Assembly (NCBI GenBank): GCA_964226055.1 | Contig: CAXQQM010000275.1 | Location: forward strand, 1 to 41,488 | Length of the DNA: 41,488 nt | DNA from: Robiginitalea sp. | Lineage (GTDB): Bacteria > Bacteroidota > Bacteroidia > Flavobacteriales > Flavobacteriaceae | Reading direction: 5' to 3' | Part shown: in pieces, positions 29,658 to 38,789 of the stretch | Numbering within the stretch: the stretch's first letter is position 1 | Layout of the letters: each line of letters starts with the position of its first letter | Made by a program: the position numbers and the translations under genes | Notes under the pieces: generated by a model | Database searches by the model: none | Told to the model about the DNA's origin: nothing | Seen by the model: only the letters and a program-made list of their open reading frames with translations

Positions 29658-30536
29658 CTACCTGTCGCCCCCTCCGGCCGATTCTCGTTTGGCGAGCGCA
29701 AGTCCCAGGCTGGATTTCCAGCCGGGCACCTGCAGGCCGGTTGCCATCCGGAACTTTTCCTTGCTCAGCACGCTATACTCCGGGCGGCTGGCCGGGGTCG
29801 GGAATTCCTCTGACCCGATGGGTTCAACAGCCCCAGGCAATCCGGCCTGCTCAAAAATTTCCCGGGCAAACTCGAACCAACTCGCCTGCCCTTCATTGCT
29901 GTAGTGGTACAGTCCGTAAGCCGGCCGGATCTCACCCGTAACCAGCCGGACAATCACCCGGGCAAGGTCGCCTGCGTATGTGGGGGTCCCCACCTGATCG
30001 TCCACCACCCGGGTCATTTCGCGTTCCACCCCAAGGCGCAGCATCGTATTCATAAAGTTCTTGCCGAAAGGGGAATACAGCCAGGATGTCCTGAAGATAT
30101 AATGCGTGTCGAGGGTATCGGCCACAGCTATTTCCCCTTCCCATTTCGTGCGCCCGTAAACGCTCTGCGGATTTGGTTTATCCGATTCCGTATACGGGGT
30201 CTTTTTCCTTCCGTCAAAGACAAAGTCCGTCGACAGGTGGATCAGTGTAGCCCCGTGTTCTTTGCAGGCCAGCGCCAGGTTGCGGGGACCGGCTGCATTA
30301 ATCGCCTCGGCCGGCCCGGGTTCAGATTCGGCCTGGTCCACCGCCGTATAGGCTGCACAATTGATACAATAGTCCGGTGGGGCCGCCTCAAAACGGGAAA
30401 GGACAGCCTGTTCCCGGGTAATGTCCAGGTCTTCCACATCCGTATACACGGCATTTACCCCGTGTGCCTTGTCAAATTGGCCCTTGAGGCACTGTGCCAG
30501 CTGACCTTTGCCGCCGGTTATCAGGACATTTACCAT
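29658..30536 (-). CDS. rfbD: dTDP-4-dehydrorhamnose reductase
   Basis: GGKGQLA, NCAAYTAVD, STDFVFDG, YGRTKWEGE, DQVGTPT. Confidence 0.95.
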   Translation of the reverse strand: MVNVLITGGKGQLAQCLKGQFDKAHGVNAVYTDVEDLDITREQAVLSRFEAAPPDYCINCAAYTAVDQAESEPGPAEAINAAGPRNLALACKEHGATLIHLSTDFVFDGRKKTPYTESDKPNPQSVYGRTKWEGEIAVADTLDTHYIFRTSWLYSPFGKNFMNTMLRLGVEREMTRVVDDQVGTPTYAGDLARVIVRLVTGEIRPAYGLYHYSNEGQASWFEFAREIFEQAGLPGAVEPIGSEEFPTPASRPEYSVLSKEKFRMATGLQVPGWKSSLGLALAKRESAGGGDR

Positions 30537-31081
30537 ACGATTTCCGCTTCACGCAATCCGGGTAATTCCCGGTCTTTCCCGTGGACTATTTGCCGGTGGG
30601 CAGGCACCCCCCAGTCAATGGCCAACTCGGGATCTGCGTAATAGATCCCCCCTTCCGATTCCGGATTGTAAAAATTATCACATTTATAGAAAAAAACAGC
30701 CGTCTCGCTCAAAACCGAGAATCCGTGCGCAAAACCGCGGGGGATATAGAGTTGTTTGCGGTTATCGTCGCTGAGTTCCACGGCTACATGCTTTCCAAAA
30801 GTCGGCGAACCTTCCCGTAAATCGACTGCCACATCCAATACCCTGCCCTGTAATACGCGTACGAGTTTGGCCTGTGCATCGGGGCCCTTTTGATAATGGA
30901 GTGCCCGGATGACCCCGTATTTGGAATAGGATTGGTTGTCCTGCACAAACCCGCCGGCTTTTCCGGTTTCCGCCTCGAAATTCCGGGCGTTGTACGATTC
31001 AAAAAAGTGCCCCCGCGGGTCCTCGAAAATCCTGGGTTCCAGGATCAGGCATCCAGGGAGCTCTGTTTCTGTAACAATCAT
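30530..31081 (-). CDS. rfbC: dTDP-4-dehydrorhamnose 3,5-epimerase
   Basis: [35 protein letters not shown]. Confidence 0.95.
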   Translation of the reverse strand: MIVTETELPGCLILEPRIFEDPRGHFFESYNARNFEAETGKAGGFVQDNQSYSKYGVIRALHYQKGPDAQAKLVRVLQGRVLDVAVDLREGSPTFGKHVAVELSDDNRKQLYIPRGFAHGFSVLSETAVFFYKCDNFYNPESEGGIYYADPELAIDWGVPAHRQIVHGKDRELPGLREAEIVW

Positions 31082-31947
31082 TGGTGTTCATTTAAAATCC
31101 CCAGCAGATTTGTGCCATATCCGCTTTTCATAAGGGGGTCTGCAAGTTCCCTGAATTGCGATTCGTCGATAAAACCCATTTGGTAGGCCGCCGCCTCGAT
31201 AGCCCCTATTTTAAGGCCCTGACGCTCTTCGATTACCTGCACGAACTGGGAAGCCTGCATGAGTGACTGGAACGTCCCGGTATCCAACCAGGCGGTGCCC
31301 CGGTCGAGGATACGGACATTCAGGGTCCCCCTGCTCAGGTATTCCTTGTTGATGTCGGTAATTTCAAGCTCTCCACGGGCACTGGGCCGGATGGACTTGG
31401 CGATCGACACCACCTCGTTGTCGTAGAAATAGATGCCGGGAACAGCGTAGTTGGAACGGGGCTCCCGGGGCTTCTCCTCAATGCTGATCGCCTTGCCTTC
31501 GGAATTGAATTCCACGACCCCATACCTCTCCGGATCGTGTACCCGATAGGCGTAGATAATCCCTCCCTCCGGGTCGTTGTTGGCCTGCAATAGTTTGGCA
31601 AGGCCGGTTCCGTAGAAAATGTTATCCCCCAGGATCAGCGCGACCTTGTCCGAACCGATAAACGACTCCCCGATAAGGAAGGCTTCCGCCAGGCCGTTTG
31701 GCGCATCCTGAACCGCGTATTGAAATTCGCAGCCATAGCGGGTTCCGTCGCCCAGCAATTCCTCAAACAGCGGCAGGTCCTTAGGCGTGGAAATTATGAG
31801 GATTTCGCGGATGCCCGAATATATAAGCGTTGAAAGCGGGTAATAAATCATCGGCTTGTCGTAGACCGGCATCAGCTGTTTGCTCAAGGCAAGTGTAATT
31901 GGGTGCAGGCGCGTGCCGGAGCCTCCGGCCAGGATAATTCCCTTCAT
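31078..31947 (-). CDS. rfbA: Glucose-1-phosphate thymidylyltransferase
   Basis: [46 protein letters not shown]. Confidence 0.96.
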   Translation of the reverse strand: MKGIILAGGSGTRLHPITLALSKQLMPVYDKPMIYYPLSTLIYSGIREILIISTPKDLPLFEELLGDGTRYGCEFQYAVQDAPNGLAEAFLIGESFIGSDKVALILGDNIFYGTGLAKLLQANNDPEGGIIYAYRVHDPERYGVVEFNSEGKAISIEEKPREPRSNYAVPGIYFYDNEVVSIAKSIRPSARGELEITDINKEYLSRGTLNVRILDRGTAWLDTGTFQSLMQASQFVQVIEERQGLKIGAIEAAAYQMGFIDESQFRELADPLMKSGYGTNLLGILNEHQ

Positions 31948-31975
31948 AATTGCTATTCTGTTTTCCGGGGTCCCG

Positions 31976-33030
31976 TCAGGAACCGTAGTGATTTTTGTAA
32001 TAGTCCTGGTAATCGCCCGAGGTTACACCCTCGAGCCATTGCGTATTCTCCAGGTACCAGTCAATGGTCTTTTCCAGGCCTTCTTCAAAAGTAACCGAAG
32101 GTTTCCAGTCCAGCTCCCCGCTGATCTTGGATGCATCGATCGCATAACGAAGGTCGTGGCCGGGGCGATCCTTAACAAAGGTGATAAGTTTTTCCGAAGT
32201 TCCGGGTTCCCGGTCGAGTTTCCGATCCATCTGCGCACATAGCAGCCGTACCAGGTCGATGTTCTTCCATTCGTTGAAGCCTCCAATATTATACGTCTCC
32301 CCATTCCGGCCCTTGTGGAATATCACGTCGATGGCACGGGCGTGGTCTTTAACATAGAGCCAGTCACGCGTATAGTTGCCATCACCGTAGACCGGCAGGG
32401 GCTTTTTGTGAATGATGTTGTTGATAAAGAGCGGGATGAGCTTCTCCGGGAAATGGTAAGGCCCGTAGTTGTTGGAGCAATTACTCACCACATAGGGCAG
32501 CCCATAGGTTTCCCCATACGCCCGGACAAAGTGATCCGAGCTCGCTTTGGAGGCAGAATACGGTGAATTCGGGTCATAGGGCGTGCTTTCATGGAACAGG
32601 CCTTCCTCCCCGAGGGAGCCGTAGACCTCATCGGTGCTCACGTGGTAAAATCTCCTGCCTTCCGTTTCTTTCCACTGGTTCCTGGCCGCATTGAGCAGGT
32701 TTACCGTGCCAATCACATTGGTCCTGACAAATGCAAGGGGGTCGGTATGGACCGGTCCACATGCGATTCGGCTGCCAGGTGGATCACCCCGCAGAAATCA
32801 TGCTCCTCAAAAAGCCGGCCGATAAACGGCTCATCGGTGATGTCCCCTTTGATAAATGTATAGTTGGTGCGGTCCTCTATGTCCTTGAGGTTTTCGAGGT
32901 TCCCGGCATATGTCAGGGCGTCCAGGTTTAATACGTGATACGTATCGCTGTATTTGGTAACAAACAGGCGTACAACGTGGGAGCCAATAAAGCCGGCGCC
33001 CCCCGTGATCAATAATTTTTTCAATGGCAT
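31976..33030 (-). pseudogene. rfbB: dTDP-glucose 4,6-dehydratase split by a 1-bp frameshift (real lesion or sequencing error)
   Basis: N-part (33030 to ~32747): [20 protein letters not shown]-part in another frame: [37 protein letters not shown]. Adding one base at 32746/32747 restores the conserved DRSI-TDP. Confidence 0.9.
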
Positions 33031-33050
33031 AGATTCATTTTTCTTGGTTT

Positions 33051-34061
33051 CTACTCCGGGTTTCGCTCAAGTGCCCGGGCCTTTCGATCCAAAATCCGCA
33101 GCAGGGTGATGAGGAGAAAACCTAAAATCAGGGCCGCAGGCATGTAAAAAATACTCCGCTTAAAAAAAGACTCTTTCAGGATGCGTGCCTTGCCAAAGTT
33201 GATCACCGAAATAGCTTCCTGCCGCCGCTTTAACTCCACACGCTTGTTCTCGGAATCCCGGACCAGGTTGCTTTTCAGTTCCAGCAAGTCCGCCACAGCC
33301 AGTGTCTCTTCATTTTCCAGTACCAGTTGTCCATCCGGAACTCGATTCTCCCGGGCCATCTGATCCGTAAAATTCTCAATCAGCACATCGATTTGCGCGA
33401 TGACCGAATCATTCTGCCGGATCCGCTCCCGGGCATTCTCGCTATAGGTCTCCACGAGTTCCTGATAATAGGCGTTCGAGTTTATATATGCAATTATTTT
33501 TTCTGCCGTCCGGCGGCCGCTTTCGGGGTGGGGGAAATAAAAAGTGATCCGCTGGTCCATGGTCCCCCGGTCCATGAGGTGGGCCCGGACAATATCGTCA
33601 ATGGCGTCTGTGTTTTCAAACTCCAATAACAATTCCAGGAACCGGGCTTCATCCTCGTATCGGTTTACATTTTCAGCATTCAGGGAATTGATCTCGATCC
33701 TGAAATCCTTCAGGTCGCTTACCGGAACCTCCAGTTGGTTGAAAAACAGCGTGTCCCGTCCCGTAATATTTGCGTCAAGCTCGTCCACGATGTCGTAGAG
33801 GTAATTCCGGCTCTCAAGGTTGGGCGAGACGATGACGTCCAGTTTGTACCTGGTGCCCGTTATCAGCTTAAGGCCATACCCGAGCAGTAAGCCGACAACG
33901 GCCAGAATGAAGAGCAGGATGAGGTTCCTCTTCAGGAAGAGGAAGAATCGCAGCAAGGTATTGGCCAGGTTGTCCCCCCCTGCCCGGATCATTCGCAATA
34001 ATTCCCTTAGATCCAGTTCGCCGGATGTTTGCGGGGGGGTCGGTTCGGTGTTTCCAGACAT
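33051..34061 (-). CDS. Wzz-like membrane protein (two TMs flanking a helical periplasmic region)
   Basis: ELDLREL near the N-terminus, N- and C-terminal TMs, coiled-coil-like middle, located immediately upstream of rfbB. Confidence 0.55.
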   Translation of the reverse strand: MSGNTEPTPPQTSGELDLRELLRMIRAGGDNLANTLLRFFLFLKRNLILLFILAVVGLLLGYGLKLITGTRYKLDVIVSPNLESRNYLYDIVDELDANITGRDTLFFNQLEVPVSDLKDFRIEINSLNAENVNRYEDEARFLELLLEFENTDAIDDIVRAHLMDRGTMDQRITFYFPHPESGRRTAEKIIAYINSNAYYQELVETYSENARERIRQNDSVIAQIDVLIENFTDQMARENRVPDGQLVLENEETLAVADLLELKSNLVRDSENKRVELKRRQEAISVINFGKARILKESFFKRSIFYMPAALILGFLLITLLRILDRKARALERNPE

Positions 34062-34064
34062 AGT

Positions 34065-35732
34065 TTAACTATTAAAAATTTGTTTCAATATTTTGTCGGT
34101 AATCAGGTAGGTCGGTTTGACGCCGGTGGTGCCCAGCCCGCCGGAAGCCAGCGTATGCCCGGTCTTGAGCGGGTTGTCCGAGGCGTAGTAGGCGTACCGC
34201 ACCTTTACGTCCTCCCGGATACTCTTGCGGATGCGGGAAGCCGATTGGATGGCCTTCTGGTAGTGTACCCCCTCCATTTCCAGGCCGATGACATTCCAGG
34301 TGGAATCGTGGAAAAAGCTCAGGATATCCTTGTTCTGCAGGGAGGTTCCCAGGACAGTAACCATGGTGCCTTCAAAAACCCGCAGGCCGTTCCCCTCAAA
34401 ATCCGATTTGCCAAGCTCGTTCCGGAACGGGTAGTTGTCGGCCGTGCCTTCAAAGATGTGGGCGGAAGGGATCATCAGGTCGCCTTTGTCGCCTTCCAGG
34501 ATCCCCGCCTTCCCCATGATGGATATGGAGTCCACCGGCATGTAGTGGAGCTTCCCGTCAATTTCGTAGGGCTTCAGCAATTCGTCGATCGTCTCAAAAG
34601 CCTGCTCCCCGAAGGCGTAGTCCATGACCAGGATCACCGGCTTGTCGGCATCCTTTTCTGCCGCCGGTTCGTAGCAACAGGCATCCGGGCCCAGGCGGGC
34701 CGTGTCGAAAAGCTGTACGTCGATGTTCGTGCCGGACAGGTCGTCGATGGGGATCATCCCGTTTTTGACGGCCCGGGACGTCACGAGTTGGCGGAGCTTG
34801 GCGCTACCGGGTTGGCTCAGTGCCTCGTAGAGCTCCAGGCGGGACTTACCCGGCAGCGTTTTGGCCAGCGCCTTCCTCGCAAAAAGCGAGTTCAGCACGC
34901 TGTGCATATTGCTGCTGATGATGTGCAGCGGCCGGTTGAGCAACCCCTCCTTCCGAAGCACGTCTTTGATGTTGTTCGCCCACCGCTCCCCGTGGATGTG
35001 GTGGCCCAGGCGTTCCCGGAGGAGCGAGCTGAAGGTGATGGTCCGTTTTTCTCCCGTGGTGATTTCCTCGATGGCCAGCTTGCCGAGCCAGTAGATGATT
35101 TGCAGGAAGCGGGCCGGGTTTTTCTTGGTGGCCAGTTTGTCGTATACCTCCGCGACTTCCACAAAGGAACGCCCCAGGATGTTCGCAGTATGGATAAGCG
35201 CCACCTCCCGGTCGGCCTGGGAGAGTTTCTCCTTTTCGATCGCTTTTTCGAGTTTCTGCCAGTCCCGGATGGTCTTGGGCCCGTCATCGATCAGCACGCG
35301 CCGCCCGATTTTGTCGGATTCCACAAAGAGGAAGGTCAGGTGCGTGAGGATGTCGTAGATATCTGAGCGCCCCCGGGTGATCTCGATATTCATTTGCTCC
35401 TCGTCGATGCGGTAACAGTTCCGGCGCCTCTTGGGGGGAATGATCGGCTTGAAGTGGGATTTGCCGTACCCTTCGTCCGAGGTGAGGTTGATAAAACGGC
35501 ACTGTTCGATACCTTCAGGCAGCCGTTCGAGTACGTACATCAGTCCCTCGAGTTCCGCCTTATCCTCCCCGATTGAACCGTATATCTCCGGGCGTAACTG
35601 CAGGAGCGCGTTCCGCAGCGTTTCGCCTGAAACGCCCATGGGCTTGTAGAAGCCCCGGTTAAACAAATGGCGCATGGTAATGTACATGCGCTCAATAGCA
35701 TTGGTGGATTCCTGCGCTCGGGTTGTCTCCAT
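34065..35732 (-). CDS. DUF6909-like conserved protein with a nucleosidase/phosphorylase-like C-terminal domain
   Basis: N-terminus RAQES..IERMYITMRHLFNRGFYKPMGVSG is recalled as DUF6909. C-terminus carries IMGKAGIL..GD, LEMEG and SDNPL. Confidence 0.7.
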   Translation of the reverse strand: METTRAQESTNAIERMYITMRHLFNRGFYKPMGVSGETLRNALLQLRPEIYGSIGEDKAELEGLMYVLERLPEGIEQCRFINLTSDEGYGKSHFKPIIPPKRRRNCYRIDEEQMNIEITRGRSDIYDILTHLTFLFVESDKIGRRVLIDDGPKTIRDWQKLEKAIEKEKLSQADREVALIHTANILGRSFVEVAEVYDKLATKKNPARFLQIIYWLGKLAIEEITTGEKRTITFSSLLRERLGHHIHGERWANNIKDVLRKEGLLNRPLHIISSNMHSVLNSLFARKALAKTLPGKSRLELYEALSQPGSAKLRQLVTSRAVKNGMIPIDDLSGTNIDVQLFDTARLGPDACCYEPAAEKDADKPVILVMDYAFGEQAFETIDELLKPYEIDGKLHYMPVDSISIMGKAGILEGDKGDLMIPSAHIFEGTADNYPFRNELGKSDFEGNGLRVFEGTMVTVLGTSLQNKDILSFFHDSTWNVIGLEMEGVHYQKAIQSASRIRKSIREDVKVRYAYYASDNPLKTGHTLASGGLGTTGVKPTYLITDKILKQIFNS

Positions 35733-35749
35733 CAGTTAGGTTCCTGCGG

Positions 35750-35757
35750 CAAATTTA
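35750..35757 (-). promoter_or_regulatory. Bacteroidota -7 promoter element, probable start of the glycan-locus transcript
   Basis: TAAATTTG on the minus strand, 17 nt upstream of the DUF6909 ATG. Confidence 0.6.
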
Positions 35758-35787
35758 CGTTTAATTTTCGTACACAAAAGGGTGCCG

Positions 35788-37284
35788 CTATTTGCGATAG
35801 GGGTACAGTGCGTCGGCTACTTTCCGGTCATTGGCGAGCCGCTGCACCTTGTTCTGCCCGCCCAGCTTGCCCACCGACTTCATATATTCCCTGAATCCGC
35901 CGGTGCGGATCCGGGTGATCTTCAGGCGCTGCAGGATATTCCCGGCGATCAGGTCGTAGTAGTAACTGTTTTGCTTTTGCAGGGAGGCGTCCAGCCTGGT
36001 GATGAATGCCGGCATATCCGCCGGTTCCGCTTCAAATTCGACGAGCCATTCGTGGTAGGGCAGCTCCTCCCCCTCGGTTTCAATCACCGGGGCCACCGTG
36101 AACTCGGCAACCCGGGCCCCGGATCCCTCCAGGGCTTCTTCCATGGCGTACTCCACCTCCTTGGCAATCACGTGCTCCCCGAAGGCGGAAATAAAATGCT
36201 TTATCCGGCCCGAAACGATTACCCGGTAGGGGTCCAAAGAAATAAACTGAACGGTATCTCCCAGGTTGTAGCCCCACAGGCCGGCATTTGAGGAGATGAC
36301 CATGGCGTAATTTACCCCGGTCTCCACCTCCCCGATGGTCAACCGGCGCGCCCCCGGTTCAAAGAATTCGTCCGCCCGGACAAACTCGTAGAAGATCCCC
36401 GCGTCCAGCAAGAGGAGCAGCCCCTTGCCCCCGTCTGTATCCTGGTAGGCAAAGAACCCTTCACTGGCCGGGAAGAGTTCGATACTCGCCACCCGCCGGC
36501 CCAGCAGGTGTTCAAACCGGCCCCGGTAGGGCTCAAAGTTCACGCCCCCGTAAATAAATAACTCCAGGTTGGGGAACAATTCGCCCACATCCTTCCCGGT
36601 GCGCTCCCGCAATTTTTCAAAGTACATCTGCACCCAGGAAGGGATCCCCGCGATGACGGTCATGTCTTCCTCCACCGTTTCATCCACGATCCGGTCTACC
36701 TTGGTCTCCCAGTCTTCAATGCAATTGGTCTCCCAGCTCGGCAGGCGGTTTTTCTGCAGGTACCCGGGCACAAAATGGGCGGAGATTCCCGAAAGCCTCC
36801 CGATCTTGATACCGTTTTTTTCCTGGAGTTCCGGGCTGCCCTGCAGGAAGATCATCTTCCCGTCCACAAATGCCGCCCGGCCGGTCCGGTGGATGTAGCT
36901 CAGGATCGCATTCCGGGAGGCGCGTACCTGTTCCCGGATGGAAGGCCGGGTAATCGGGATGTACTTGGCCCCGGAAGTGGTCCCGGACGTCTTGGCAAAA
37001 TAAAGGGGCTTGCCGGGCCAGAGGATATCTTCCTTCCCTTCCAGGGCGGCCGACACCCAGGGTTTCAGTTCCTCGTAGTCGCGGATCGGGACACGGGAGG
37101 CAAAATCGTCATAGGTGTTGATGGACCCGAAATCGTGATCCTTTCCGAATCGGGTCCCCCGGCCCTGCCGGAGCAATTCCCGGAAAACCTTGAGTTGGGC
37201 CGCCTGGGGGTTGCGCACCCACCGCCGGGACCGGTAATGGACAGTTGCTGCAAAAATCCGCGCTGCCAGGGCCTTCAGGGACAT
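35788..37284 (-). CDS. GH3-family (auxin-responsive-like) acyl-adenylating enzyme
   Basis: VPIRDYEEL, FAKTSGTTSGAKYIP (ANL P-loop), FPASEGFF, YNLGDTV, GGQNKVQRL. Confidence 0.9.
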   Translation of the reverse strand: MSLKALAARIFAATVHYRSRRWVRNPQAAQLKVFRELLRQGRGTRFGKDHDFGSINTYDDFASRVPIRDYEELKPWVSAALEGKEDILWPGKPLYFAKTSGTTSGAKYIPITRPSIREQVRASRNAILSYIHRTGRAAFVDGKMIFLQGSPELQEKNGIKIGRLSGISAHFVPGYLQKNRLPSWETNCIEDWETKVDRIVDETVEEDMTVIAGIPSWVQMYFEKLRERTGKDVGELFPNLELFIYGGVNFEPYRGRFEHLLGRRVASIELFPASEGFFAYQDTDGGKGLLLLLDAGIFYEFVRADEFFEPGARRLTIGEVETGVNYAMVISSNAGLWGYNLGDTVQFISLDPYRVIVSGRIKHFISAFGEHVIAKEVEYAMEEALEGSGARVAEFTVAPVIETEGEELPYHEWLVEFEAEPADMPAFITRLDASLQKQNSYYYDLIAGNILQRLKITRIRTGGFREYMKSVGKLGGQNKVQRLANDRKVADALYPYRK

Positions 37285-37289
37285 AGAAA

Positions 37290-38159
37290 TCAATTAAAGT
37301 CGATGTAATTCAACGGATTGACCGGGTTGCCGTTTTTCCAGAGTTCGAAGTGCAGGTGCGGGCCCGTGGTAAGCTCCCCGGTGTTCCCTACCGAGGCGAT
37401 GACCTCCCCGGAGCGGACGACTTCGCCCTGCTCTTTGGCCAGCGACCCGTTGTGTTTGTATACGGAAAGGAGGCCGTCTTTATGTTCCAGGATGACCACA
37501 TAACCGGTGGCAGCCGTCCATTCGGAGAAAATGACCGTGCCGTTGGCCACCGCTTTCACCGGGGTGTCCCGGGGGGCCACCACATCCACGGCGTAATGCC
37601 GGCCTTTGGGGTCGTACCCCTGGGAAACGGTCCCGGTCAGGGGGGCAAACAAGAGGGTGCTTCCATCGGCGCTCGGCCGTTCGAACAAATTGTACTTGTC
37701 CTCCAGGGCCACCTGTGCCCGCAGGACGCTGTCTTCGCGGATCGGACTCAGGTCTACCTGGGCGGGATCGATTTTGAAGGGTTCGAAGACGGAGTCCCGG
37801 TTGGTCTGGTTGTTCTCGATATCCCCCCGCAAAACCTTGCGGATGTTGTCAATATACCGATTAGTATAATTGAGGACGGTTACCAGGGAATCCGTGGTAT
37901 ACGTGAGTTCGGTTGCCTGCCTTTTCAGGGCCGTGGAAGAATAGCCGGGGATGTATTCCCTTAAGGGGGTGAAGGCGATGAGCAAGGTAGTCAGCGCAAT
38001 AAGGCCAATGACGGCCAGGGACCCGGATACAAACACATTCAACCGGCTCAGTTTAAAGGATATCTTCTCCTCAAAAGTATTCTCATTCAGGATAACCAGC
38101 CGATACTTGTGCAACAGTTTGCGCCTGATCTCCTTCCGTCGTTTATCTTTCTTCGCCAT
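37290..38159 (-). CDS. M23-family metallopeptidase with N-terminal membrane anchor
   Basis: HYAVD (HxxxD), YKHNG, TGPHLHFELW (HxH). Confidence 0.92.
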   Translation of the reverse strand: MAKKDKRRKEIRRKLLHKYRLVILNENTFEEKISFKLSRLNVFVSGSLAVIGLIALTTLLIAFTPLREYIPGYSSTALKRQATELTYTTDSLVTVLNYTNRYIDNIRKVLRGDIENNQTNRDSVFEPFKIDPAQVDLSPIREDSVLRAQVALEDKYNLFERPSADGSTLLFAPLTGTVSQGYDPKGRHYAVDVVAPRDTPVKAVANGTVIFSEWTAATGYVVILEHKDGLLSVYKHNGSLAKEQGEVVRSGEVIASVGNTGELTTGPHLHFELWKNGNPVNPLNYIDFN

Positions 38160-38268
38160 GGATCGGGAGTCAAATCGAGATGATTTGTCTAAAATAAGGC
38201 TTCTGCCACAATAAAACGGGCAGGAATATGTTTTTTCATTACCTTTACATTCCTAAAATGAAGCAGGC

Positions 38269-38451
38269 ATGAATGCACTTTTATTATTCTTAGCAATTGG
38301 GCCCTGGCAGATTGCCATCATCGTCCTGGTGGTATTGTTGTTGTTCGGCGGAAAGAAAATCCCCGAGCTGATGCGCGGATTGGGCAGCGGGATCAAAGAG
38401 TTCAAGGATGCATCCCGCGAAGACGAAAAGCTGGACGAAAAGAAAGAATAA
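38269..38451 (+). CDS. tatA: Twin-arginine translocase TatA/TatE
   Basis: [39 protein letters not shown]. Confidence 0.95.
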   Translation: MNALLLFLAIGPWQIAIIVLVVLLLFGGKKIPELMRGLGSGIKEFKDASREDEKLDEKKE

Positions 38452-38505
38452 ACTACCGGATCGGACGGGTTTTCCCCTCCTGCCGGATGGAATATTATAT
38501 ATCAG

Positions 38506-38530
38506 AAGCACCCTGTGGGGTGCTTTTTTA
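38506..38530 (+). terminator. Intrinsic terminator after tatA
   Basis: AAGCACCC-TGTG-GGGTGCTT stem-loop followed by TTTTA. Confidence 0.8.
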
Positions 38531-38789
38531 TTCCCGTCCCCTTGTGTTTTTTCACAACTCCACCCATCTGACCCAGCCTTATCCGTTCGTCGATCAGGCC
38601 TTTGTCGCAGCCGGCGCACGTCCATTTTCGCCCACTTCTATCTCCCTCAAAACCACAACAATCCCCCATTCACGACGTAATTCCCCGGGTTCACAACAAA
38701 AAATTACCCCCCGGTACGGGATGCCTTATTTTCGGGGCATGCAGAAGGACGGACTAATTTCCGTTCCGTGCAACCTCATAACCGACCCG

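Noticed and set aside
38487-38789. N-terminal extension of the 950-aa ORF, or an ncRNA in the tatA-OmpA gap
   Set aside because: The extension spans the tatA terminator, and the signal peptide begins at ATG 38790. I recognised no riboswitch or RNA motif.
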